Assembly: GCA_002269645.1 (NCBI GenBank)
Contig: NIVC01000297.1
Coordinates: forward strand, 124,001 to 188,000
Direction of reading: 5' to 3'
Origin: Macrostomum lignano
Taxonomy: Eukaryota
DNA length: 64,000 bases
A program made the translations under genes and the position numbers. Of the stretch, positions 44,834 to 58,300 are shown in pieces. The notes beneath the pieces were generated by a model. That model searched no databases and was not told the DNA's origin. It saw nothing but the letters and a program-made list of their open reading frames with translations. The first letter of the stretch is position 1, and the number at the start of each line of letters is the position of its first letter.

Positions 44834-47635
44834 TTAAAAGACTCGTTTTTGGCCCTTGAACGGAAGGGAAAGAGATGGGCTACGGCACACAGTAAACAGC
44901 TGGCACAGAGGCATTGCATGTCGGATATTCGAATATTCGGATCTAAGCGGCTCTTGCGTCAACCGAGTTCCAATCAGAAAGTGAGCTGGTGTCAACACGT
45001 CGTTGATCTCATCTGCCGATACGTAGACCAGTGGTCTGCTGTTTACAATGGATTCGACTTCGATAACCGAAGTGGATAGTTCATCAAATGTTAGTAAAGC
45101 TTTGCCAATGCTCTTTCGAAGGCCGTCTTTTACCATACAGACGAGCCTTTCCCAGAATCCTCCCCACCAGGGAGCCTTTTCAGGAATGAACGCCCACGAT
45201 ATTCTCTTGTTAGCACAGAACGATTGAACTTCGTAACTGGTGCTTGCTCCTAGAATCCTTGCAGCGGCCTTGAATGTCTTTGCGTTATCACTGATAATGG
45301 AAGGTATTCCTCTCCGACTGACAAATCGTCGTAAGCCGTTCAAGAACTGAGCTGTAGTCATATCAGAAAGTAGTTCTAGATGAATTGCGCGAGTGGAGGA
45401 GCACGTGAACAGTAGTACATACGCTTTTCCCGTTTCACTACCATCCTCCCCCGTCCGATAGAACATCGGACCACAATAATCAATGCCGACGGATTGAAAA
45501 GGTCGAATATCGGCAAGACGAAAGTCCGGTAACTGAGAAATCTGAGGCACTGTGTAGGAGCGTCCTTGAATCTTTTTACACACTACGCACTTCGACAATT
45601 CCTGCTTTGTTCGCTGACGGCCTTTCACGATCCAGTACTTTTCACGGACCTTACATAGCGTCGACGCGACTCCTTCGTGAGCAACTGCCTGATGAGCGTT
45701 TCGAATTATAAGCTGCTCTAACGGACTGTGTCGAGGCACTAAGATCGGATTGTTTACATCGAAGGACATCACCGAAATCCGACCGCGCGAACGCAACAGA
45801 CCAACTTCGTCCAGCCAAAGATTCAAATCTCTATTTAGTGGTGTGGCCGCCGAACCATTCTGAATGTGACAAATTTCTTTTGAAAATTCTTGTCGTTGAA
45901 CTGACATCAACAAAAGCTCTTCTGCAGTATTGAGCTCTTGTGCTGTCAGTGCTACTGCTCTGTTAGTCGTCTGACCGACTAGACTACTTTTAAGGTTGTT
46001 GACAAATCTCCTTATCCAAGCTAGGACGCGTACTAAACGGGAATAACGTGAAAATCTACTTATGTCAACGACGGAAGAGACGTTCAGTGTACCATGTGCT
46101 CCTTCGCTCTGGTCATCACTTTGTGACACTACTCCTGTAATGAAGTCCTCAGCAGCAACGCTTAACTGCAGATCGTCAGGCGAAGGCTGGTAGAAGGAAG
46201 TGTGAAGGAAGTTGGGACCGCTTAACCACACAGCATTATTCTGCAGCTGTTCCGGCAGACAGCCGCGAGACGGCAGGTCGGCAGGATTCAACTCCCCCGG
46301 AACATGTCGCCATTCAGATGTCGAAGTTAGAAGTCGAATCTCTTTGATGCGATTCTGGACGAAAACCGGTCGAAGTTTTTCTGTGTTCGTAATCCACAAG
46401 AGAGTCGTCCTGCTATCTGTCCAGAGATAACGAGGAACCTTCGGAAACTGAGACGAAACCATTCGCATCAGACGCGCCAAAATGAGAGCTCCCAACAATT
46501 CCAGTCGGGCGATACTAAGATTCGAAAGCGGTGCTACGCGCGTTTTTGCCTGAATTAGCTGCGTCGTAATCTTGCCTGTGTCCGAATAAGCCTTGATATA
46601 CACGCAGGCGGCATACGCTGATGAACTGGCGTCACAGAATCCATGCAGCTCCAATTTTGTCGGCACTGACTCGAGAGTGGCGAATAAATAACGAGGAATT
46701 ACAAACTGCGAGTGCATCAATGACTGCAACCACTGGTTCCAAATCTCGGCGATGTCTGGTGGTAGTTCGTCGTCCCAACCATACTTTCGAACGCACAGCT
46801 TTTGCAACAGCACCTTGACAACGGTCAAAGCAGGCGATAGAACGCCCAATGGATCGTACACCGAGGCAAGCACTCCTAACATCAACCGCTTAGAGGAAGG
46901 CGAGGCAATAGCCTTGTCAACCAGATCCTGGAAGTGAATGAGGAAGACATCCTGAATAGAGTCCCAGCGGAGCCCTAGAACTCTCTCAGCGTGACCGACA
47001 TCCTGACCGGGCACCGACCTATTAAACGAATCCGAATTGGACTTCCACTGTCGCATATTCATGCCTGCGGACTTGAATATCACTTTAGTATCCTGGTACA
47101 GCTGGAGGGCTTCCGTTAGAGATTTACAGCTAGTAACTAAATTGTCGACGTATAAGTCTCGGCGAATGACATTGACGGTCGTTGGAAAGGTCTGCTGGTG
47201 AAAATCAAGGTGTTGAACTACCGTAGCTCGCAAGATACCAGGAGAGCACGTGAGACCGAACGGTAACCGACAGAATCGGTAGTGAAAAACGTTGTTTGGC
47301 TCGCTCGGAGAGTCCACAAAAATCGTAAGTAATCTCTGTCCTGAGTTTCAATGGCTATCTGCAGAAAGGCCTTCTCGATGTCACCTGTGACAGCAATAGG
47401 ATTGATACGGAACCGCATCAGAATTTCTGGTATCAGCGGAACATCAGTTGGACCGACGTGAAGTAGATTATTAATAGAGACGTCTCCACCCCGACTTTTG
47501 GCCGATCCATCAAAGACAATGCGTAACCGTGTGAACTCACTGTCGGCCTTGGTGACGTGGTGATGGGGTAGATAGTGGCAGTTCTTATTGCCTAAATCCT
47601 CCTCAGGCACTTTTTCAATTATGCCAGATGCTTTG
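44834..47635 (-). mobile_element. BEL/Pao LTR retrotransposon pol fragment (RT, RNase H, integrase), truncated at both ends
   Basis: YLPHH...RIVFDGSAK, DIEKAFLQI, LYVDN, LHGFCDAS, PLSNLSIARLELLGA, WRHVPGELNPADLPSRG, GIDYCGP, SDNAKTF, PWWGGFWERLV. Frameshift near 47290. Confidence 0.95.
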
Positions 47636-47829
47636 TTTTAACAAAATGAATAACTGACTGCATCCTCCCCCCAAAAAACTAATTTAATTTTTTTTTACAT
47701 CGAGACTCGAGGAAAAAAGAAAAAAACAAGGACCACAAGTTAGGTTAATTAGTTTAGGAAAGATTTAAGACGCTCATACTATAGTTAAATGAATGAAGAT
47801 GAAGCGAATTCAGAAATTGACTGGGTGGA

Positions 47830-48672
47830 GGAATGAGCAGAAGACGAATCCGAGAGACGAGCGAGACTGAAGTGCCCCCGGCCAACAAATCGAGACCAGG
47901 AACCGGCAGACACAACAGGACGCGCACTGGGCAGACGAATGAGCAGAAGAAGACGATCCAACGAGCGAGACTGAAGTGCCCCCGGCCAACGAATCGAGAC
48001 CAGGAACCGGCAGACACAACAGGACGCGCACTGGGCAGACGAATGAGCAGAAGAAGACGATCCAACGAGCGAGACTGAAGTGCCCCCGGCCAACGAATCG
48101 AGACCAGGAACCGGCAGACACAACAGGACGCGCACTGGGCAGACGAATGAGCAGAAGAAGACGATCCAACGAGCGAGACTGAAGTGCCCCCGGCCAACGA
48201 ATCGAGACCAGGAACCGGCAGACACAACAGGACGCGCACTGGGCAGACGAATGAGCAGAAGAAGACGATCCAACGAGCGAGACTGAAGTGCCCCCGGCCA
48301 ACGAATCGAGACCAGGAACCGGCAGACACAACAGGACGCGCACTGGGCAGACGAATGAGCTGAAGAAGACGATCCAACGAGCGAGACTGAAGTGCCCCGG
48401 CCAACGAATCGAGACCAGGAACCGGCAGACACAACAGGACGCGCACTGGGCAGACGAATGAGCTGAAGAAGACGATCCAACGAGCGAGACTGAAGTGCCC
48501 CCGGCCAACGAATCGAGACCAGGAACCGGCAGACACAACAGGACGCGCACTGGGCAGACGAATGAGCTGAAGAAGACGATCCAACGAGCGAGACTGAAGT
48601 GCCCCCGGCCAACGAATCGAGACCAGGAACCGGCAGACACAACAGGACGCGCACTGGGCAGACGAATGAGCT
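47830..48672. repeat. 104-bp tandem repeat x~8 (within a putative LTR-element 5' leader)
   Basis: Near-identical 104-bp units, followed by three 21-bp repeats at ~48675-48740. Confidence 0.95.
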
Positions 48673-48800
48673 GCGAAGGCCAGACGAGAAGACAGCGAGG
48701 GCCAGACGAGAAGACAGCGAGGGCCAGACGAGAAGACAGCGGGATCACATCACTGTCACGATTTGCACTTGACGAGTGCTGTGCAGATCTATGTTATTTT

Positions 48801-49160
48801 TGTTCGGGCGCCATGTAATTAATATCAGTAAACACAGACAGATTTTTATTGGAATTGAACTACACAAACCAGCAGGAGAGGGCGCAGGGCCCAAAATTCA
48901 TATATTTATAAGACATTGCCTAAATTAGGGGGGGGGTGCATTCACGATAAGAGACGGGGGTGAATGATTAGAGCACGAGAGCGCGAGGGGGTAGAAAAAT
49001 GATAACGAAGAGCAAATAAGCGTGCAATGGGGAGTGGGTACAAGGTGCGACCAGAAGGCAGAGAAGGCAGAGATAGAGATAAGCACAGAGAGGCAGCCAA
49101 TCAGAATTAAGACATACAAACATACGCGAGAAGGTGGAACAAATGAAGAAAGTCGCTACA
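48801..49160 (-). mobile_element. Gypsy-type 5' LTR (48814-49160) with a tRNA-Lys PBS (48801-48813)
   Basis: Minus strand TGTAGCGAC...AATAAA...AATTACA immediately followed by TGGCGCCCGAACA, a 13-nt match to the tRNA-Lys(UUU) primer-binding site. Confidence 0.8.
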
Positions 49161-52100
49161 GCACATTACGAGTCCCGTTAGTAGGTAGCACAGGTGGACA
49201 TGACACATTACCAGTCTCGTCAGTAGGCGGCACAGGTGGACATGGCACATTACGAGTCCCATTAGTAGGTAGCACAGGTGGACATGACACATTACCAGTC
49301 TCGTCAGTAGGCGGCGCAGGTGGACATGGCACATTACGAGTCCCGTTAGTAGGTAGCACAGGTGGACATGACACATTACCAGTCTCGTCAGTAGGCGGCA
49401 CAGGTGGACATGGCACATTACGAGTCCCGTTAGTAGGTAGCACAGGTGGACATGACACATTACCAGTCTCGTCAGTAAGCGGCACAGGTGGACATGGCAC
49501 ATTACGAGTCCCGTTAGTAGGTGGCACAGGTGGACATGACACATTACCAGTCTCGTCAGTAGGCGGCACAGGTGGACATGGCACATTACGAGTCCCGTTA
49601 GTAGGTAGCACAGGTGGACATGACACATTACCAGTCCCGTCAGTAGGTGACACAGGTAAACACGGCACATTACCAGTCCCGTCAGTAGGTGGCACAGGTA
49701 AACACGGCACATTACCAGTCCCGTCAGTAGGTGGCACAGGTAAACACGGCACATTACCAGTCCCGTCAGTAGGTGGCGCAGGTGGACACGGCACATTACC
49801 AGTCCCGTCAGTAGGTGGCACAGGTAAACACGGCACATTACCAGTCCCGTCAGTAGGTGGCACAGGTAAACACGGCACATTACCAGTCCCGTCAGTAGGT
49901 GGCGCAGGTAAACACGGCACATTACCAGTCCCGTCAGTAGGTGGCACAGGTGGAGAGTGAGAGATCGAGGCCGACTGCAGCAGAGCTGGGGACGCTGAGC
50001 TGAGGACTCGCGGATCCTCAAAGCTTTGATTTGAGGCGGAGGCTGGGTAACTCGCATACGGATTCGCTGCTAGAAAATCGTTTCCTCTGTGCGGAGCGGC
50101 CTGCGCATTGGGATCGCCAGCCGACTTTTTTCCCAGACTGAGCAGCCGCAGCTTCAGTACAGACAGGTAGCAGAGATGGAACAGGAGCTCCACCATTTCC
50201 AGCAGGGTGATGGTCGACACTCCAACCCAGAGACCTGAAGTTGCGGCAAATGCAAAAAGTGAAAATTTTGGTTTCTGGGATTAAAGTAAGAGCCGCGAAT
50301 CACCAACTGCTTTGAAACTCACCAAGGATTCCGCCCAAATCGGAAAACAAGTTCCGCAGCTCGTAGGCGAATGACTCATTAAAGAAGCTGACTTTGATAG
50401 ACTTTGGATGCAGATCGAGGACGCTGATGAACTTTTCTCTTATCATGAATGACGCATGCATGTAAAGGGTTTGCGGCCGATAGGTGGACAGATTCCGGGC
50501 GGCAGCTTTACTGATCAGTTCTGTCGCATAGTCTTTCAGAGCCACCTCAGCGAGCCAGGAGTCCCGGGGCCAAGAGGCCAGGTGGGTGGCGACGCTGTAG
50601 CGGGTGTTGCTGCAGCGGACCGGGCACTGCTTGGCCCACACGCCCTGCGACTTCTGGCGTTGAAGAACCCGATGGAAGCATTTGACCCGCTGAGCAACGT
50701 GTTTGTACACGTCCCAGTTCTGCTGCAGGTACTCGGACAGGGTGATGTATGCCGAGCTCCGATTCATGATAGTGTACTCCGTCCTGTTGAACCTGTTCTG
50801 CCGGTGGTTTATGTCCAGGAAAAACACCTGGAATTGGAAAAATGATTCGCCTGTCTGCATCATGGAACGTCGAACAGAAATTATTTGTCTTCATTGTTGA
50901 GCTTGTCATTCTCAGCCCAGATGCATAAGCTTCATCTTTTAACGATTCTATGTATAACTTAGTGACCATCTAAGACGTTTTGTTTACCTGAAGCTCTCCA
51001 AAATAGCTTTTTAAGTTTCTTTTATTTTTATTTCCCAATTCGAATTGGCGAGCTGGTTAGTGAATTAAATTGGCCTCACCTCCTCAGGCAGCAGGTGGCA
51101 CACCTCGGTGCTCTTCATGAGGTCACTGGGCAGCGCCAAATGAGATCCCAGGCAGCCGCAGGTGTCTCTAAACTCCTCCTGCATGATCTTCATGACGCAG
51201 TCCTGGTAGGTGCCAAAGAAGGTCTGCTTCTCCAAGTGGCCTGGCATCGAGAAGTTTGCGATGTAGGTGGCGTTTGGCAGTTCAACGCTGCACGGCGCGG
51301 CTTTCCGGTTGACTTTCGTTTCCAACTGCACTCTCATCTGGGCTGTGGTCTTGTAGCCGTAGGGGACGCTGAAGCCGGTCTTCATGTCCGGTTTGAAACC
51401 TTTGAGTGAAATTATCAGCACGAATCTCTCGTTTCACAACGAATCACAAAGTTCTAAAAAACACACAGTCTACAGTCTAGTGTGCAACATCAAGTAGAAA
51501 ATGTCTATTCTGCTACATCTGCTAAGTTAAAAGTTCTGGCTCAGATCTAATGCAGTTATTAGCCACTCAAAATGACTGCGTTTCCCGAATGGATAACAGT
51601 TAAAATACTGTGTTCGGGTAAAACATACTTCAGTTAGTCTAATATTCAAAAATAGAAGCAAAAGTGCTGAGACAAAATTAGATAGTTGTGGTGTGGCACC
51701 AAGTAGAGCATTCAACTGCGAAAAACGGATGGGTAAATTATGGTTCCAAATTGAGCTACTTTGTTAGAATGTATCAGAGTTACTTTCAACTTTGTACCTG
51801 AATTTTTGTCGGGTGGGCACTTGGTTTTTTAATTTGCGCTCCTCTTAGAAAGAAATAAAATTCTCCGAGGATCCAAGTGAAGCACTATACCTCGGAAGTG
51901 CTGCTGTAACGGTTTATGTGTTAGAGCTTCGTCTTCTGACTTGGTGTGAAGTTAGTGAATTGGATCAGTAGTGCAGGGCATCAACATTCGGCAGTGCTGT
52001 ACGGACATTGCAGGCAGTGAACTTCTTCAAAGCGTATATTCGATAAGATAGGACTTGTTGGGACAGTGTGCATGTGCGTTTGTGTGCATGTCGACCGCGC

Positions 52101-53968
52101 TGACCGCGACCGCGCTGACCGCGACCGCGCTGACCGCGCTGTGGTGTTCACCGCGTTGTGGTGTTGACCGCATTGTCGTGTTCACCGCGCTGTGGTGTTC
52201 ACCGCGCTGTGGTGTTCACCGCGCTGTGGTGTTCACCGCGCTGTGGTGTTCACCGCGCTGTGGTGTTCACCGCGCTGTGGTGTTCACCGCGCTGTGGTGT
52301 TGACCGCATTGTCGTGTTCACCGCGCTGTGGTGTTCACCGCATTGTGGTGTTCACCGTATTGCAACCGGCCCAACAAGTGCCGCATGCATATTAATTTAA
52401 GCGCGCTTGTCTGCGTACAATGTCCGCACGATTTTTATGTGCGCTGCAGTCAGCAAATGGGCGGAATTGTTGGTGGGACAGAGTCGCCAAAGGCGTTGCG
52501 CCAGGGGCCCTACAGCCGCCATGCAGTTATTTTTAGTTTTATTACTATTAAAATTATTACCACTAATATTTTATTCCATAGTGAAAAAGCATACCATTTT
52601 CATGCAGGGCCACTCGAAACCCAGGCGTGTTGTCGACCAACTCCGCATTTGTCAAGAATGAGAAAGCATAGTTGTAGAGCACCAGGTACAGCCCGTTGCC
52701 TTCACCAGATTGCGCGATGGTCTGGTTGGTGGGATTGAAGGACATGCACATGAACCTGCCGGGTTTGTGATGGTCGGGTTGGTGGGATTGAAGGACATGC
52801 ACATGAACCTGCCGGGTTCGTGATGGTCCGGTTGGTGGGATTGAAGGACATGCACATGAACCTGCCGGGTTTTTGAAATAAAGCGGAGCAAATTTCCAAA
52901 TCGCATAATTGCATTTACTTTGAGTGCACTGCAGCTGCCCCTGCTGCGGCATGTCAGCAACTCTGCCTGGGTCTAAGAGTTTGCTATTCACTTTCCGACA
53001 CACTTTGGGTCTGGCTGCTATGATTGAAATGCTTGATCATTGAGTATAATTAAGTTATTGAATGAAAGCATGGACTGTCACCTGTCCTCGTCCTTGTAAA
53101 CAGTAAAGTTCTCAAATGAGCAGGGCTCCGAGTTGTACCGACAGTAGATGATGGTCTCATGCGGAAGCTGGAAGTTCACTCCCCGGTAAGCTATGGACCG
53201 CAGTCCCAGCTTTCCATCGAAGTAGGCATCGAAGTTCTCCTCAGGCATGGAGACGTTCCAGTTGTCCAGCTTCAGCTGGTAGAACAGCAACGGGATGTCG
53301 AAGATCATGTTGTTCAGGTTCCTCCAGAGGCCTGCATCGCAAACTCAGCGATATTGCACATCAGTTGGATGCGAAATCACTCGAGATCAGCTTACAGTAA
53401 CGGATTGATTGCTGCATCATTCTACAGAAACGTTTACTATGAACCGTAACTTTATTTTTGCTTTAGGACTTACGTCACAGAGAAAATCCCAAAGCTCCTG
53501 TTTAGTTTCTAACCAAGGCATATCGGTATGCTTCACGAAGGTCTCAATTCAGAGACATCTGGGTTTCAGAATACTCGAGAGCTCACCTGGGATGGCATAG
53601 CTGCTCGGAACCGAAGGACCCTTAAAAATGATGAAGTAGGTCGGGCAGATGGTCACGGTCGGGCAGATGGTCACGGTCGGAAACTTGAAGTCCGCCCCCT
53701 CGCTTGAGAACTCCGTGCTCACCGGGTAGCTCAGGTACCGCTCGATGAGCTGATGGAGGTGCAGGGAGAATCCGGCAGCAGCGCCCAGAATCACCAATAC
53801 CCATAAGAATCGACTCAGTCGAGAGCCCCGAGTCAGGTGCATAAATCCGTGAGCTGAGGTGCTCTCCGCAAAGGAGACAATTGCCTCTTGGTGAATCTTT
53901 CCTAGCTGGGAGCTCGGCAGCTCTGGCTGCTCCTGCCGTCTGGATTCCATGTCGATGCTTTCTGCCAT
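49156..53968 (-). CDS. DEG/ENaC (ASIC/FaNaC-like) channel paralog 1, ~898 aa; exons 53587-53968, 53082-53331, 52595-52755, 51080-51399, 50323-50827, 49156-50234
   Basis: STSAHG motif, TM1, FPTVTIC, Cys-rich thumb (CGCL, CPVRC) and pre-TM2/TM2 DLGGILGLWVGVSTITLLE with GxS filter. All GT-AG junctions are phase-consistent; exon sizes 250/161/320/505 match paralog 2. Confidence 0.9.
49161..49950 (-). repeat. 39-bp minisatellite in frame with the channel's last exon (PTDGTGNVPCLPV-like x~20)
   Basis: ORF 49156-50220 runs from TM2 through the whole array without a stop. Confidence 0.93.
52090..52360. repeat. ~12/17-bp tandem repeat (ACCGCGCTGTGGTGTTC) in a channel intron
   Basis: Directly visible. 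Confidence 0.9.
52703..52870 (-). repeat. 53-bp triplication spanning the exon-3 acceptor of DEG/ENaC paralog 1
   Basis: CCGGCAG|GTTCATGTGCATGTCCTTCAATCCCACCAACC occurs three times; exon starts at 52861, 52808 and 52755. Confidence 0.93.
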
Positions 53969-55334
53969 TTGGATGCGAGATGGACTGAAATTTGTCTGAC
54001 TGGGAGCCGCGGTCTCAGTTTTGATATAAAGCCCACACATTCAATTAAAATTTGAGTCCAACAATCCCACTCCCAAGATAAGAGTCAAATGAGATTTCTG
54101 CCTATTTACAATAAGCAAATGCCCAGATGTTGCTGGCAAATAGCCATGATGAGCGCGGCATATCAATAGTGATTTCAGCCTCACTTTTAGCCACGGTGGC
54201 TGACAGAGCCGCTCGTGTGAGGGGGGGGGGTCCGCTGGCGCTCTGTCAGTTTTACACAGCTTCCATATTTCTGAGTTTTACAGTATCATATACGGGTAGT
54301 TAAGCAGGCAGAAAAAAAGCATTAACATTTGCTAATTAAAACAGAGCAGATCTCCAATATTGTGCCCTGTACGGACTTTACGCCTACAATATTCCGATGC
54401 AGCTACGAAGTGTGTAAGAACGCTGTGAGCTCCGAGAAGAATGAAGGAGAAGTAGCTAACAGACACTGCTAAATTCATCACTTTTGGTTCTTCGTCAAAA
54501 AATGCTTTAGAAACGTCTCTGTGGTTATTGGAGAATCAGCTCACTATGGGTGGATACACTCCCATACAGCAAGTAATCCTCATGACTGCTTGCTTGTTCC
54601 CCGTGTTAGACACATGTATAGGGAGCACGCAGAAGATTTGCCCGTCGAGATTTGCCAACCGAGATTTGACCGAGACAAAGCGACTTGTCATATGCATGAA
54701 TTAATGGCTAACCGATATACCCCTGCATGATTTAGAAACGGATCGGCTCGAACAAGAAAAATATGCATTTGATATGCAGTTACTATCGAAATGTTTTGAT
54801 CGGGTAAATCTCTTTATTAAGACTGACTTAGCATTGGGGGCATTGCAGACAGAATCTGCCGCGTGGCTAAATGCTGTGGCGAATTGCCAATTTTAGTTAA
54901 TCAATTTGAGTCTATTTTGATTGATGGAGCCGCTTGTTTACATCCCAGAGTAGTTGACGCACTCAATGCAGCTATTTTTATCTGTTTTTGTTGACTACAT
55001 TTTAAGTGCACGGGCTTTCCAAACTTGCTGGCCAGATATTGTTCCCGTGGAAGCAAAAGCCGCCCAAAACTGAGCGGCCTCCCCAAACCCGCATGCTCAG
55101 GCTTTGCCTCGGCCAGGCTCTGTTTGGGAGGATGCTGCTAATGGCGCTTCTGGGATCTTTTAAAAACACAAAATCAATTTATTTACAAGTTTCAAGTACT
55201 CGATTTTGCCAATTTAAGTGCTTTGCGTCTCTGCAACCCTTAGTTGCCGGTATTTGGTTAGCGCCGCAGTAGGTTAGCAGCAAGGGGCTTGATTTTGCCA
55301 AAGGTAAAAACGCTTCTACAAATTTCTGTTACAT

Positions 55335-58300
55335 TTATATAGAGAAGATTCGCTGGAACCAGGAAGGATTGTACTGCTCGGAGAAGCCCCGCCCGCCATC
55401 GGAGCCGTCCGGCGGGACCCCCTGAGGCTTCGGCGGCAGCGAGATGTGCAGCTGCAGCTCCGACTGCCCGTCAGGACTCTCCGCCTTCGCTTCGCCCGAC
55501 GCGTAGATGTCGCGGAGCGAGTTTTCCAAGAAATCCGATTGAGCGGCTGGGCGCGGCTGAACTTGCGCGCTGGCGCTGTGCAACCGGAGCGCCGATAAGT
55601 AGCCCAGCTGCACGACGAGCTCCAGCAGCTCCATCAAGGTGATCACCGATACGCCAACCCAGAGGCCTGGCGAAACAAACCGAAGCAAACAATTCTTGTG
55701 GCACGCACACGGACTCATGCACACGGACTCATGCACACGCACTCATGCACACAGACTCATGCACACGGACTCATGCACACGGACTCATGCACACGGACTC
55801 ATGCACACGGACTCATGCACACGGACTCATGCACACGGACTCATGCACACGGACTCATGCACACGGACTCATGCACACGGACTCATGCACACGGACTCAT
55901 GCACACGGACTCATGCACACGGACTCATGCACACGGACTCATGCACACGGACTCATGCACACGGACTCATGCACACGGACTCATGCACACGGACTCATGC
56001 ACACGGACTCATGCACACGGACTCATGCACACGGACTCATGCACACGGACTCATGCACACGGACTCATGCACACGGACTCATGCACACGGACTCATGCAC
56101 ACGGACTCATGCACACGGACTCATGCACACGGACTCATGCACACGGACTCATGCACACGGACTCATGCACACGGACTCATGCACACGGACTCATGCACAC
56201 GGACTCATGTACACGGACTCATGCACACGGACTCATGCACACGGACTCATGCACACGGACTCATGCACACGGACTCATGCACACGGACTCATGCACACGG
56301 ACTCATGCACACGGACTCATGCACACGGACTCATGCACACGGACTCATGCACACGGACTCATGCACACGGACTCATGCACACGGACTCATGCATACGGAC
56401 TCATGCACACGGACTCATGCACACGGACTCATGCACACGGACTCATCCACACGGACTCATGCACACGGACTCATGCACACGGACTCATGCACACGGACTC
56501 ATCCACACGGACTCATGCACACGGACTCATCCACACGGACTCATGCACACGGACGACGCGTGGAAGCACCCGGAAGTGGAACTCTCACCCAAAATGCCAC
56601 CCAAGTCGGAGAACAAGTTGCGCAGCGGGTAGGCCCAGGACTCCGTGGACACGGTGGCGCTTGTGGACTGAGGGTACAGATCCAGCACGCTGATGAACTT
56701 TTCTGAGATCATTCTGGAAGAGTACCTGTACAGCACCCTGAGTCGGTAATCGGACAGATTTGTGCCAGCGATTGAAGCTCGGATGTCCTGCGCGTAGCCC
56801 CGCAGTGCTGACGCGGCCTTGGAGGACTCGCGCGGCCAAGCCGCTAGGCTGGTGGCCACACCATAGCGCGTGTTGCTGCACCGGACCGGACACCTCGTGG
56901 TGGCTACGCCTTGCGTCTCTTGGCGGTATCGAACCCTACGGTAACAAGCAATCATATTGGCAGTGGCATTGTACACCTGCCAGTTGGACAGCAGGTAGCT
57001 GGCCAGGCTGATCCAGTCCCATGTGCTGTTGGTTATCTTGTACTCCCTCAGCTTGTACTCGTTCGTCTTGTAGAAAATGTCGAAGAAAAACAGCTGAAGC
57101 GGGGAAATTGTTTAGGATTGATCGAGATTGCATGGATTATGTATGAGGTTCATGGACAGGTGAAGCAGAAGTGATCTAGATTGCACAGATGATTTATGCA
57201 GGTTCATGGACAACTGAAGCAGAAGTGATCGAGATTGCACAGATGATGTATGCAGGTTCATGGACAGGTGAAGCAGAAGGATGTTACGATCGCAAATCTC
57301 GCACATTTCACTGGAGGTCGGTTTTCACTGCAGAATGCATTGGCGAGACGGGAAGTTTTCAGTTATTCAGAGCTGAATTCAAAATTGCTCAAATTCTGCT
57401 CATCCAGATCCCAAGTGAAACAAGTTTGTGTTCCGCTCGAAGTTTCTAGACTGAAAAAAAGCAAATCCTGACGACATTCTTTTAGAAAACACTGCTTTCT
57501 AAGAGCGCTATCGCTTTCTAATGATCTTTTTTCCAACTTATTCTCAACAAACTTGTGATTAAACTTCGAACGAAACATACACTTGCTACACTTGCACACA
57601 CTCCAGAAGGTGCAAATAGTGCAAAAAAACACTGACAATTTTCTATCTCAGCCATGCATTGTACAGCAAAAACCGGTCTCGAGCGAAATTTGAATGATTT
57701 GCGAGTGCAGCGCCCGTTGTACTTTAGTGGCTCATGGCGAGTAGCTCGAACGAGCACTTGACACAAATCTTTTCAAAAGTACAGTCATCCAACTTTTCTG
57801 TTGGTCGCACTTCTTCGGGTAGCGAGTGGCACACGCCAGTGTCGCTCATGAGGTCGCTGGGGAGCGCGAGGTGAGTCCCCAGACAGCTGCAGGTGGCCTT
57901 GAACTCCTCCTGCATGAGTCGCGTGATGCAGTCGCGAGTGCTGCCAAAAAAGCTCTGATTTTCAAAGCTGTCGGGCCACGAGAAGTCCACAGTGTAGGTG
58001 GCGTTCGGCAGGACATCGCTGCACGGCGCGGCTTCCCGATTCAGTTTTGTGTCGGTCCGAACCGTCACCTCAGCCGAGGTTTTGTAGCCGAATGGAACCG
58101 TGAATCCGGAGTTCAAATCGGGTTTGAAGCCTCCAAGGAAAAAAAACAGGTTGCGATGTTTTATTGGGTTGCTCAATATTAAAATATCAGAAAGAATTGT
58201 ACCATCAGAAGATGCGTTGCGGGATTTTAAATCGCTGTTCCGATGGTCAGTTTAGCTCGTAGAGGAATTCCAAATCCATGTGCAAAATTGAGAGCCACTA

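Noticed and set aside
47830-48672. 104-bp array as a CRISPR array or hammerhead-ribozyme satellite
   Set aside because: Units are identical along their length (no spacers) and there are no cas genes; CTGAAGT...CGAAT does not fit the CUGANGA...GAAA core with closing stems.
54480-54870. Coding-like stretch between the two channel genes
   Set aside because: Interrupted by a stop, with no recognisable motif; possibly an old transposase relic but unsupported.
55639-56706. (HAHGLMHTDSCTRT)n ORFs
   Set aside because: Antisense reading of a 14-bp intronic minisatellite.
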